A program made the position numbers and the translations under genes. Of a stretch of DNA of 64,000 bases, positions 31,815-40,376 are shown piece after piece. The DNA lies in contig DAIDKO010000018.1 of the NCBI GenBank assembly GCA_027450005.1, positions 16,738-80,737 on the forward strand. The letters are read 5' to 3'. The notes beneath the pieces were generated by a model that saw only the letters and a list, made by a program, of their open reading frames with translations, did not search any database and was not told the origin of the DNA. Origin of the DNA: Rhodanobacter sp. Its GTDB lineage: Bacteria > Pseudomonadota > Gammaproteobacteria > Xanthomonadales > Rhodanobacteraceae. The first letter of the stretch is position 1, and every line of letters starts with the position of its first letter.

Positions 31815-32732
31815 TCACCCGCGCGGATGGTGCTGCGCGTGCAGACGCTTCAGGCCTTCCTTGGCCACCAAGGTATAGATCTGCGTGGTGCTGAGCGCAC
31901 TGTGGCCGAGCAGCATCTGCAGAGCGCGCAGGTCGGCACCATGGTTGAGCAAGTGGGTGGCGAAGGAATGCCTGAGAACGTGCGGCGATATGCGCTTCGC
32001 CTGGATGCCGACCTTGAGCGCGTAGCGCTTGACCAGGGTCCAGAACATCTGCCTGGACATGGCCTCGCCTCGCCTGCTGAGGAACAGCGCCGCGGGCTGG
32101 CGGCCTTTCGCCAGCACGGGGCGGGCCGCGGCGAGGTAGCCCTCGATCCAGACCAGCGCCACTTCGCCCACCGGCACCAGGCGATCCTTGCCGCCCTTGC
32201 CGGTGACGCGCAGCACGCCCTGCCGGGGATTCAGCGCGGCCAACGGCAGCTCCACCAGCTCGGATACGCGTAGGCCCGACGCATACATCAGCTCCAGCAT
32301 CGCGCGGTCGCGCAAACCCAGGGTGGCTTCCGTGTCCGGTGCATTGAGCAGTGCCTCGATTTCGCGCTCGGCCAGTGCCTTGGGCAAGCTGCGCGGCATG
32401 CGCGGACGCTCGATCAGCAGGGTGGGATCCTCGAAGCCCGGTACCTCGCGGGCCCGGAACGCGTAGTAGCGGCGAAACGCCGACTGCCGCCGTGCCATCG
32501 AACGCACCGCAGCCGACTGCACGCCCTGGTAGGCGGAGATCTCCTCGCGTCGCGCGTCACGCAGCGAGCGACCGCGGCCGGCCAGCCAGCGCGCCAACGT
32601 CTCGAGGTCGCGGCGGTAGGCCTCCAGCGTGCGGTCGGCCAGGCCGTCCTCTGACCAGATGCGCTCGATGAATGCCTCGATGCTCGCGGCGTCGGCTTCG
32701 GCGATACTGGCTGGAGATTCTTCCTTCTTCAT
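31815..32732 (-). CDS. xerD: Tyrosine recombinase XerD
   Basis: YASGLRVSEL, HVLRHSFATHLL and LGH..LSTTQIYT; xerD-dsbC synteny. Confidence 0.95.
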   Translation of the reverse strand: MKKEESPASIAEADAASIEAFIERIWSEDGLADRTLEAYRRDLETLARWLAGRGRSLRDARREEISAYQGVQSAAVRSMARRQSAFRRYYAFRAREVPGFEDPTLLIERPRMPRSLPKALAEREIEALLNAPDTEATLGLRDRAMLELMYASGLRVSELVELPLAALNPRQGVLRVTGKGGKDRLVPVGEVALVWIEGYLAAARPVLAKGRQPAALFLSRRGEAMSRQMFWTLVKRYALKVGIQAKRISPHVLRHSFATHLLNHGADLRALQMLLGHSALSTTQIYTLVAKEGLKRLHAQHHPRG

Positions 32733-32771
32733 GCGCACGATGCTGGGCATCGCGCGCCGCGAGCGCAAGCC

Positions 32772-33272
32772 ATGAATACCAACGCTAACCTGCCCTGCCC
32801 GCTATGGCGCCGCCTGGCCGCACTGGTCTATGACCTGCTGATCGTGCTGGCGATCGTGATGGTGGTCGGCCTGCTATGCCAGCTCGCCACTGGCGGCCGC
32901 CTGATCGAGACCGGCGCTCGCGCGGTGGTCCCGCTCTGGTACCAGCTGTTGCAGGGCACCGTGGTCGCCGCCTACTTCATCAGCTCGTGGCGCCGTGGTG
33001 GACAGACCGTGGGCATGCGGCCATGGCGCATCCGGGTGAGCCGCGACGACGGCGGCACGATCAGCCTGCCACAGGCCGTGGTCCGCGTCGTGGTGGCTGC
33101 CGCGCCGATGTTGCTGCTGGCGCTGGAGCCGATGCTCGGCCTGCGCGCCACGCTCTGGGCCGTGCTTGCCGGATGGGCGCTGTGGTTTGCCACCGCACTG
33201 TTCGATCCGCGTCGCCGCGCCCTGCACGACATCGCCGCGGACAGCGAAGTGTGCTGCCAGCGCGCATCCTGA
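32772..33272 (+). CDS. RDD family membrane protein
   Basis: WRRLAALVYD, GQTVGM and LHDIAA. Confidence 0.9.
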   Translation: MNTNANLPCPLWRRLAALVYDLLIVLAIVMVVGLLCQLATGGRLIETGARAVVPLWYQLLQGTVVAAYFISSWRRGGQTVGMRPWRIRVSRDDGGTISLPQAVVRVVVAAAPMLLLALEPMLGLRATLWAVLAGWALWFATALFDPRRRALHDIAADSEVCCQRAS

Positions 33273-33360
33273 TCGGTCGTCGGCACCCACCATGCCGCAG
33301 CGCAGCAGCGCGCGGCGGTACGCGCTAAAATGACGCACTTTTAGCCAGACGGGTCGCCGC

Positions 33361-34608
33361 ATGCTCTACCAGATCCACGAGTGGCAACGCGCCTTCCTCG
33401 GCCCGCTCAGCCATTTTGCCGACGCCAGCGCGAAGATGCTCAACGATGCGAACAACCCGTTCGCGTCGTGGCCTGGCACGCAACGGCTGGCCGCCGGCTA
33501 CGAACTAATCCATCGCCTCGGCAAGGACTACGAGAAGCCCGCCTTCGGCATCCACCAGGTCGAGGCGCATGGCCACGAGATCGCGGTGATCGAACGCGTG
33601 GCGCTGGACACGCCGTTCTGCCAGCTGAAGCGATTCAAACGCTTCAGCGACGACCCGGCCACGGTCGAGACGATGAAGAACGACCCGGTGGTGCTGGTGG
33701 TGGCGCCGCTCTCTGGCCACCATGCCACGCTGCTGCGCGATACCGTGCGCACCCTGCTACGCGAGCACAAGGTGTACATCACCGACTGGGTGGACGCGCG
33801 CATGGTGCCGGGGGAAGCGGGCACATTCGGGCTGGACGACTACGTGGCGCTGATCGAGCGCTTCATCCGCCACATCGGCGCCGAGTCGCTGCACGTGGTG
33901 TCGGTGTGCCAGCCCACCGTGCCTGTGCTGGCCGCGGTGTCGCTTATGGCTGCTCGTGGCGAGGCCACCCCACGCAGCCTGACCATGATGGGCGGCCCGA
34001 TCGACCCGCGGCGCAGCCCGACCAGCGTCAACAACCTCGCCACCACCCAGCCGCTGTCCTGGTTCAAGGGCAACGTGATCCACACCGTGCCGCCGAACTA
34101 CCCCGGCCGAGGCCGCGAGGTGTACCCAGGCTTCCTGCAGCACGCAGGCTTCATCGCGATGAACCCCAGCCGCCACCTGCAATCGCACTGGGACTTCTAC
34201 GAGAACCTGTTGCGCGGCGACCTGGACGATGCCGAGGCACACCGACGGTTCTATGACGAGTACAACGCGGTGCTCGACCTGCCGGCAAGGTTCTACCTCG
34301 ACACCATCGCCACCGTGTTCCAGCAATTCCTGCTGCCGCGCGGCCTGTGGGACGTGGGCGGTGAGCGCGTGACTCCCTCGGCCATACGGAGCAGCGCCCT
34401 GCTCACCGTGGAGGGCGAGCTGGACGACATCTCCGGCCTCGGCCAGACCGAGGCGGCGCACGACCTGTGCAGCAGCATCCCGGCCAAGCGCCGCGCACAC
34501 CGGGTGATCGAGGGCGCTGGCCACTACGGCATCTTTAGCGGCCGTCGCTGGCGCGAGGTCGTCTATCCGCAGGTGCGGGAGTTCATCCGGCGGTTTGATC
34601 ACGCGTAG
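33361..34608 (+). CDS. phaZ: Intracellular polyhydroxyalkanoate depolymerase
   Basis: APLSGHHATLLR, SVCQP (catalytic Cys), EGELDDISG and GHYGIFSG. Confidence 0.93.
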   Translation: MLYQIHEWQRAFLGPLSHFADASAKMLNDANNPFASWPGTQRLAAGYELIHRLGKDYEKPAFGIHQVEAHGHEIAVIERVALDTPFCQLKRFKRFSDDPATVETMKNDPVVLVVAPLSGHHATLLRDTVRTLLREHKVYITDWVDARMVPGEAGTFGLDDYVALIERFIRHIGAESLHVVSVCQPTVPVLAAVSLMAARGEATPRSLTMMGGPIDPRRSPTSVNNLATTQPLSWFKGNVIHTVPPNYPGRGREVYPGFLQHAGFIAMNPSRHLQSHWDFYENLLRGDLDDAEAHRRFYDEYNAVLDLPARFYLDTIATVFQQFLLPRGLWDVGGERVTPSAIRSSALLTVEGELDDISGLGQTEAAHDLCSSIPAKRRAHRVIEGAGHYGIFSGRRWREVVYPQVREFIRRFDHA

Positions 34609-34659
34609 GGATGATCGACGCTTGCGCGTCATGGGCATCGCTTGGGACTGCGCAAGCGA

Positions 34660-35235
34660 CAGAGCGGTTTCGGGCGCCTGCCGGCGCCAGAGTGACTTCT
34701 CTTTTGCTTGTCCAAAAGACCGATGGCGCGCCATCCAGGTATCCTGCCTTCCGGGTGCGCGAATGGGCTACGGGGTTATTCGACGGCACTTCCATTACCA
34801 GCGAAAAGCTGACCGGCATCCGCGCGGGCCATACTGCAGACTTTCCTTCACCCACCCGCCGCGCCATACCGGCCCCGTGCAGAGCAGCGCGCTCCCGGAG
34901 CGCACTTCCCGAAAAGCCAAAGCAAGAGCGCCGCGCTTAGCGTGGCGCTCTGCTGTTGCTTCTGGTGCACAGGATGTGCGCCTGTTTCTGCGAGGCCACT
35001 GGACTGCGGTGAGGCGCGTACGAAAAGGCCGCGCCGCGGGCGAGTCCATGGATGGACTCGTCTTTTCGCGCGGGCAGGATGCCCGCTCAAAAAGCCCGGC
35101 ACCGCCTCACAAACTTGCCACCCATGGATGGGCGGAAAGCGCGAACCGGGATCTCGTTTCTCTTTGGCTACGTTCTCCTTGAACAAGCAAAAAGACCGTA
35201 GCTCGGGCGCCCAAACGGCGCACGGAACCGCTCTG
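34660..35235. mobile_element. MITE/REPIN-like non-coding element of two inverted arms bearing GGA-loop hairpins
   Basis: ~60-bp imperfect terminal inverted repeats (CAGAGCGGTTTCGGGCGCC...CTTTTGCTTGTCCAA vs the reverse complement of 35174-35235), central hairpin 34921-34954, four GGA hairpins per arm; no transposase. Confidence 0.75.
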
Positions 35236-35261
35236 GATGCCTGCGATCGCGGCAATTCCCC

Positions 35262-35594
35262 CTACATTCCCCACAACGCCCGATCCAGGTCCGCATCCAG
35301 TCCGAACGCGGACAGCGCCACGCGCCCGTTCTTCACCTCCACTCCCTCAGCGCGCAGCCGCCGCACCTGTTCGTAGAAGCCGCGGCTGCTCCTGGGCAGG
35401 GCGATCTCGCCGGAGGAACGCAACACGCGGAACCAGGGCAGCTCCATGCCATCCGGCACCTCGCCCAGCAGCCTGCCGACCAGCCGCGCCCGACCGGACA
35501 GGCCGGCGCGGGCGGCGATAGCGCCGTAGCTGGCCACCCGGCCTGGCGGGATTGCGGCAATGGCAGCGTAGACGCGGGCGTGGCTGTCTTGCAT
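35262..35594 (-). CDS. Alkyltransferase-like (Atl/YbaZ, MGMT family) protein
   Basis: IPPGRVASYG..A, ARLVG and LPWFRV (Trp in place of the catalytic Cys); start at ATG 35594. Confidence 0.88.
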   Translation of the reverse strand: MQDSHARVYAAIAAIPPGRVASYGAIAARAGLSGRARLVGRLLGEVPDGMELPWFRVLRSSGEIALPRSSRGFYEQVRRLRAEGVEVKNGRVALSAFGLDADLDRALWGM

Positions 35595-35690
35595 GGCGAT
35601 GACCCGATGGGGCGATAACGAGGCCTTGACCAAGGCTTGCGGCTGACATGTCAGAGTAGCAGGGCCATCGACCAGAGCCGGACAGCGACC

Positions 35691-36095
35691 ATGCACCACT
35701 TCGAAGCCGTGCGTTCCCACCTCGGCAGCCTGCACGGGCTGCGCCAGAACGACCCCTATCTGATCAGCTTCGACTTGGACCTGCCGCATGGACGCCACCA
35801 GGGTATCTATCTGGCCGAACTGGAAACGGAATCGGGCCACCGCTACCTGCGGATCTCCACGCCGATCGGCCCGTTGGCGGGCACTGACGCGCAACGCTGC
35901 CTGCGCTTCAACTGGGCCCAGCGCTGCGGCTTCCTGGCCGTGACCGACCTAGACGGCGCACCCTACCTGCACCTGTGCGAGAACAGGCCCTACGAATTGC
36001 TCGACGAGAACGAACTGCAACGCGTGATCGTGGAGCTCGGCAGCCTGGGCGACCAGCTCGAACAACTCGTCGCCAGCGGCCACGACGCGTTCTAG
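35691..36095 (+). CDS. Hypothetical protein, probably YbjN/CesT-like chaperone fold
   Basis: 134 aa from ATG 35691; GRHQ.IYL..., ISTPIG and C-terminal GDQLE helix pattern. Confidence 0.6.
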   Translation: MHHFEAVRSHLGSLHGLRQNDPYLISFDLDLPHGRHQGIYLAELETESGHRYLRISTPIGPLAGTDAQRCLRFNWAQRCGFLAVTDLDGAPYLHLCENRPYELLDENELQRVIVELGSLGDQLEQLVASGHDAF

Positions 36096-36133
36096 CGGCG
36101 CGTGCGGCGCGTGCCTACCGGGTTCAATCGTTC

Positions 36134-36746
36134 CTAGAACTTCGGCGCGGCGATGATTTCGCCGGTGCTCAGCGCCGCGGCAGCGGGCGGCAGCCCATCG
36201 GCCGTGAAACACGCGAGCCACCATCCCGCGCTGTCGCGGCTTCCGGTCACCGCCCGCAACCGGCCCGGCATCGGCTCGGTCATCCGGAAGCGGACCCGGC
36301 CGATGCCGTCGAGTTGCACGCTGCCACGCTTACCCTGGAGGGTCACGAGCCCTAGGCGGCGCTGATCCAGCGTGAACCGCGCCGACTGCACCTTGCCGAA
36401 CTTCCGCCGGCGCGGCCGCTTCGCCCGACCGCCGAAGAAGTTGCGCCAGGCCGTGTCGACGTCCCGCAGCGTCTGGTTGAAAGGTTCGCGCGGCAGCGTG
36501 GCCTGCCACACCGTTTCCGGCCGTTTCCGGCGCCTGCCGCAGCGCGATGAACCGGCGCGGCAGGTCGATGCCCGACAGCTTCGTGCCGTCCGCGCGCCGG
36601 GCCGTATCCTTCTCCCGCAGCGCCCAGTTTCACACCCACCGCCGCACACCGAACAGCCGCGACAGCACCCGCGCCTGCGCCGGCTTCGGCGACAGCCGCA
36701 CGCGGTACGCACGCTCGCGGGTGGGTGCGTCGGTCATGGGTGCCAT
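36134..36746 (-). pseudogene. tnpB: TnpB (IS200/IS605 OrfB, RNA-guided endonuclease) remnant
   Basis: RAYRVRLSPKPAQARVLSRLFGVRRWV*NWAL N-terminus, QTLRDVDTAWRNFF..RAKRPR and AALSTGEIIAAPK; stop at 36630-36632, 10-bp duplication at 36511-36530, RuvC region missing. Confidence 0.88.
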
Positions 36747-36775
36747 GTATCAGCCGAGCCGCTCATCGGTTGAGA

Positions 36776-36896
36776 CAACTGGCCAATCGCCGCCGGACGT
36801 ACGCCTCGCTCCGCGTGGTCGCCGAAGTGGCTGCACGCGGCAAGCTCCGATTCGACTCCGGCGGCCGGCGGGGTCTTCGTCGTCCGTGCCCAGTCC
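36776..36896 (-). ncRNA. Candidate structured RNA or DNA end upstream of the tnpB remnant
   Basis: Nested stems CCGCCGGA/TCCGGCGG (36790-36797/36857-36864), CCGCGTG/CACGCGG (36811-36817/36834-36840) and ACTGG/CCAGT; no ORF with coding style. Confidence 0.35.
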
Positions 36897-36997
36897 AATG
36901 TTGCAGTACGGTTACATCGCAGCACGGCTACCGAATGGAGCCGGGGCTGCGGCAGCCGTTACACTCCTGCCATGCGCCACGCCCCATGCACCACGCG

Positions 36998-38323
36998 ATG
37001 TTGACCGAAATCGCGCTCGTCTTCGTACTCGCTCTCTGCAACGGCTTCTTTGCGCTGTCCGAGATGGCGCTGGTCGCCTCGCGCAAGAGCCGCCTCAAGC
37101 AGATGGCGCGCGACAGCCGCCGCGCCAGCGTGGCGCTGCGGCACGCCGAGAAGCCGGAATACTTCCTTTCCACCATCCAGGTCGGCATCACCCTGACGAT
37201 GCTGGTCACCGGCGCGGTGGCCGGCGATGCGCTTGGTTCGCATATCGCCGACCTGCTGCACCGCGACGGAGTGGCATGGCTAGAGCCCTACGCCCACATC
37301 GTCGGTGTAGTGTTCGGTTTCGCGCTGATCTCCTTCATCCAGATCGTGGTGGGCGAGCTGGTACCCAAGCGCCTCGCGCTATCGGCGCCGGAGAAGGTGT
37401 CGGCCCTAGCGGCTATCCCGATGCTGCTGCTGTCGCGCGCCACCGCGCCTTTCGTCTGGCTGCTTAACGCTTCCAGCAGCCTACTGCTGCGCCTACTGGG
37501 CGTGCGTGGCCACAACCACGCCGCCGCCACGGAAGAGGAAATCCGCCTGCTGGTGGCCGAAAGCGCGGAACAGGGCGTGCTGGACGCCGACGAGCACAAC
37601 ATGGTCAACCGAGTGCTGCGCCTCGGCGACCGCAGCGTGGACAGCGTGATGACGCCGCGCGTGCGCATCGCCTGGCTCGACATGGCCGCACCGCGCGAGG
37701 AAAACGTCGGAGTTATGCGGCAGACGCCGTACTCGCGCTATCCGGTCTACCGTGGCGACGAGAGTGAAGTGGTGGGCGTGGTCGAGGTGAAGCTCCTGCT
37801 GCAGTCTTTCGCCGACGGCCGGCCGCAACTGTTCGACCACCTCGCCAAGCCGCTCTACGTGCCCGGTACCGCGCGCGCGCTCGACCTGCTGGAAGAGTTC
37901 CGCGATGCGGAGACCCCACTGGCGCTGGTGGTGGACGAATACGGCGACATCGAGGGACTGGTCACCGTCAACGATCTGCTCGCGGCCGTGGTCGGTGCCA
38001 GCCAGCTCGGCCACGGCGACGCTGCAGAGAACGCCCCCATCGTCGAGCGCGCCGACGGCAGCTGGCTGATCGACGGCAGCCTTGCCACCGACGACCTCCG
38101 CGAGCTGCTGCACCTCGACCGCCTGCCCGGCGAGTCCGAGCATGAGTTTCGCACCGCCGCCGGCATGGTGATGGCGGCACTGGGCCACATCCCGCAGGTC
38201 GGCGAGGTGTTCGCTTGGCAGGGCATCCGCTTCGAGGTCATGGACCTCGACGGCGCGCGGATCGACAAGCTGCTGGTCAGCCGCGCGCCGAAGCAGGAGG
38301 ACGAAGACGATGCGGAAGGGTGA
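36998..38323 (+). CDS. Hemolysin/CNNM family transporter (DUF21-CBS-CorC_HlyC)
   Basis: NGFFALSEMALV, GELVPK, MTPR, YSRYPV and VVDEYG; start at ATG 36998. Confidence 0.93.
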   Translation: MLTEIALVFVLALCNGFFALSEMALVASRKSRLKQMARDSRRASVALRHAEKPEYFLSTIQVGITLTMLVTGAVAGDALGSHIADLLHRDGVAWLEPYAHIVGVVFGFALISFIQIVVGELVPKRLALSAPEKVSALAAIPMLLLSRATAPFVWLLNASSSLLLRLLGVRGHNHAAATEEEIRLLVAESAEQGVLDADEHNMVNRVLRLGDRSVDSVMTPRVRIAWLDMAAPREENVGVMRQTPYSRYPVYRGDESEVVGVVEVKLLLQSFADGRPQLFDHLAKPLYVPGTARALDLLEEFRDAETPLALVVDEYGDIEGLVTVNDLLAAVVGASQLGHGDAAENAPIVERADGSWLIDGSLATDDLRELLHLDRLPGESEHEFRTAAGMVMAALGHIPQVGEVFAWQGIRFEVMDLDGARIDKLLVSRAPKQEDEDDAEG

Positions 38324-38360
38324 CGGCAGCGCGTGAAGCCATCGCAAAAGCGCGACTCCG

Positions 38361-39170
38361 TCAATCAGGCTCAGCCTGATTGACCTGGACTCCCTGCGTC
38401 GGTCGCGGCGATGCGGATGCAGCCCGCGCCAGCATCGCCATGCGCTGCGCGTCGGCTAGGATCCCGTGCAGCACGCGCAACTCGCGCTGGTCGGGTTGGA
38501 CCCGCTGGAACAGCTTGCGCAGTCTGAGCATGATCGTCGTCGGCTCGCGACCCTTGTGGAAGTCGATGTCGTCCAGGGTCTCGCCCAGGTGCGTGTAGAA
38601 GCGCTCCATCTGCGCGGCATCGGCGGGCGGCTCGTCGCGCTCCGGCGGCGGTTCGGGCAAGGCGTCGCCCAGCATGGCCAGACGCAGCTCGTAGGCCATC
38701 ACCTGCACCGCCTGGGCGAGGTTCAGTGAGCTAAAATCCTCCACGCTCGGAATGCGCACCATCGCATGGCAGGTCGCCAGTTCCTCGTTCTCCAGCCCGG
38801 TGCGCTCGTTGCCGAACAGCAGGGCCACATGCTCGCCGCGTGCAGCTGCCGCCAGTGCCTGCGTGGCCCCCTCGCGCGGCGACAACTCCGGCAGGTTAAC
38901 TCCGCGCCGCCGTGCCGACAGACCCAGGGCGAAACTCGTTCCGGCCAGGCCATCGACCAGCGTCCCGTGCACGCCGGCCTCGGCCAACACTTGCACCGCA
39001 TTCGCCGCCAGCGCATCCGCCTCGCGGTCGGGAAAGCGTTGCGGCGCTACCAGCTCCAGCCGCGTGAAGCCCATCGTGCGGATCGCCCGCGCCGCGCTGC
39101 CAATGTTGCCGGGATGCGAGGTGCGCACCAGCACGAAGCGGAACAGCGAGGCGAGGTCAGAAGCGTTCAT
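38361..39170 (-). CDS. trmJ: tRNA (cytidine/uridine-2'-O)-methyltransferase TrmJ
   Basis: TSHPGNIGSAARA, FGNERTGL and SSLNLAQAV; divergent from suhB. Confidence 0.9.
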   Translation of the reverse strand: MNASDLASLFRFVLVRTSHPGNIGSAARAIRTMGFTRLELVAPQRFPDREADALAANAVQVLAEAGVHGTLVDGLAGTSFALGLSARRRGVNLPELSPREGATQALAAAARGEHVALLFGNERTGLENEELATCHAMVRIPSVEDFSSLNLAQAVQVMAYELRLAMLGDALPEPPPERDEPPADAAQMERFYTHLGETLDDIDFHKGREPTTIMLRLRKLFQRVQPDQRELRVLHGILADAQRMAMLARAASASPRPTQGVQVNQAEPD

Positions 39171-39274
39171 GGGCGAGATCGGCAAAACGGAAGACCCCCT
39201 AGGATACGCCAGCCAACGGTCCGGCTCTGCTAGAATCGCCGGCCGCGACCCTGCTCTTTTGCCAAGCCGAAGCC

Positions 39275-40078
39275 ATGACCCGACCCGCCATCACCATCGC
39301 GGTGCGCGCCGCGCGCGCCGCCGGCAACGTGATATTGCGCTACATGAACCGCATCGACGGCCTCGCCGTCGTCGAAAAGCAGCGCATGGACTTCGCCTCC
39401 GAGGTCGACAAACTGGCCGAGGCCGAGATCGTCAAGGAACTGCGCCGCGCCTACCCCGACCACGCCATCGTGGGCGAAGAGGGCAGCGCCATCGGCAGGG
39501 GCCCGCTGACCTGGGTGATCGACCCGCTGGACGGCACCCACAACTACCTGCGCGGAATCCCGCACTTTTCCGTCTCCATCGCCATGCTCGACAAGGGCGT
39601 GCCGGTCTACGGCGTGGTGTTCGATCCGTTGCGCAATGAGCTGTTCACCGCCAGCAAGGGCGATGGCGCATACCTCAACGATCGCCGCATCCGCGTCAGC
39701 AAGCGCGAGAACCTGGGCGGCGCGATGATCGCCACCGGCTTCCCCTACCGCCAGCGCGCCCATCTCGACGCGCAGCTCGCGATGACCCGCGCCCTGCTCG
39801 GTCAGGCCGAGGACATCCGCCGCTCCGGCTCGGCCGCGCTCGACCTCGCCTACACCGCCGCCGGCCGCTACGACGGTTACTTCGAAATCGGCCTCAAGCC
39901 ATGGGACTTGGCCGCCGGCGTGCTGCTTGTGCACGAGGCGGGTGGCCGCTACGGCGACTTCGCCGGCCGCGACGGCATCCCCGAGAGCGGCAACCTCATC
40001 GCCGGCAACCTCAACGTGGCGAAGGCGATGACCGATGCAATCGGCGCGCATGCGACGCCGGAGTTGCTGAAGCCCTGA
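39275..40078 (+). CDS. suhB: Inositol monophosphatase/antitermination factor SuhB
   Basis: WVIDPLDGT.N, GSAALDL and WDLAAG; TGcTAGAAT extended -10 at 39228-39236. Confidence 0.95.
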   Translation: MTRPAITIAVRAARAAGNVILRYMNRIDGLAVVEKQRMDFASEVDKLAEAEIVKELRRAYPDHAIVGEEGSAIGRGPLTWVIDPLDGTHNYLRGIPHFSVSIAMLDKGVPVYGVVFDPLRNELFTASKGDGAYLNDRRIRVSKRENLGGAMIATGFPYRQRAHLDAQLAMTRALLGQAEDIRRSGSAALDLAYTAAGRYDGYFEIGLKPWDLAAGVLLVHEAGGRYGDFAGRDGIPESGNLIAGNLNVAKAMTDAIGAHATPELLKP

Positions 40079-40091
40079 GTGGCACTTGGCG

Positions 40092-40345
40092 TTACCGGCG
40101 GAACTCGGTCGGCCGCTCAAACTGATCGATCGCTTCGCCCAGCCCATCGAGCTTTCCCGAAAGGATGGCCTCGGTGTCGTACATGCCTCGGTTGTAGAAA
40201 TAGCCCCCACCTTGCCGGCGAAAAAATCCAGCAGGAATTCGGCATCGAAGCCGCCAATCTCCTGCCTCAATTCTTAGGCGAAGTGGCGTTTGATCGAGCG
40301 CGCGAGAAAATCCTTCTCGTCACTGCTGAACTGGATATCGGGCAT
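40092..40345 (-). pseudogene. DUF2164 family pseudogene
   Basis: MPDIQFSSDEKDFLARSIKRHFA*ELRQEIGGFDAEFLLDFF, then a frameshift into YFYNRGMYD...FERPTEFRR; stop at 40274-40276, frameshift near 40203. Confidence 0.8.
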
Positions 40346-40376
40346 GCTGGATCCTGCTCGACGGCCAGGTTTTGCG

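Noticed and set aside
31815-32732. Tyrosine recombinase as an integrase of a mobile island
   Set aside because: Sequence and dsbC linkage identify housekeeping XerD; no att sites or cargo seen
34595-35376. ORFs overlapping the inverted element (34595-35182, 34848-35255, 34942-35376)
   Set aside because: They are translations of a structured repeat, with no coding-style composition and no transposase motifs
36134-36746. Active nuclease-dead TnpB repressor (TldR-like)
   Set aside because: A premature stop, a frameshift and loss of the C-terminal half preclude a functional protein at this locus
36930-36972. Fluoride-riboswitch look-alike (ATGGAG...CTCCTGC) upstream of the CNNM transporter
   Set aside because: It lacks the conserved AACCGC and GCTGATGA elements; TACACT is better explained as a -10 box
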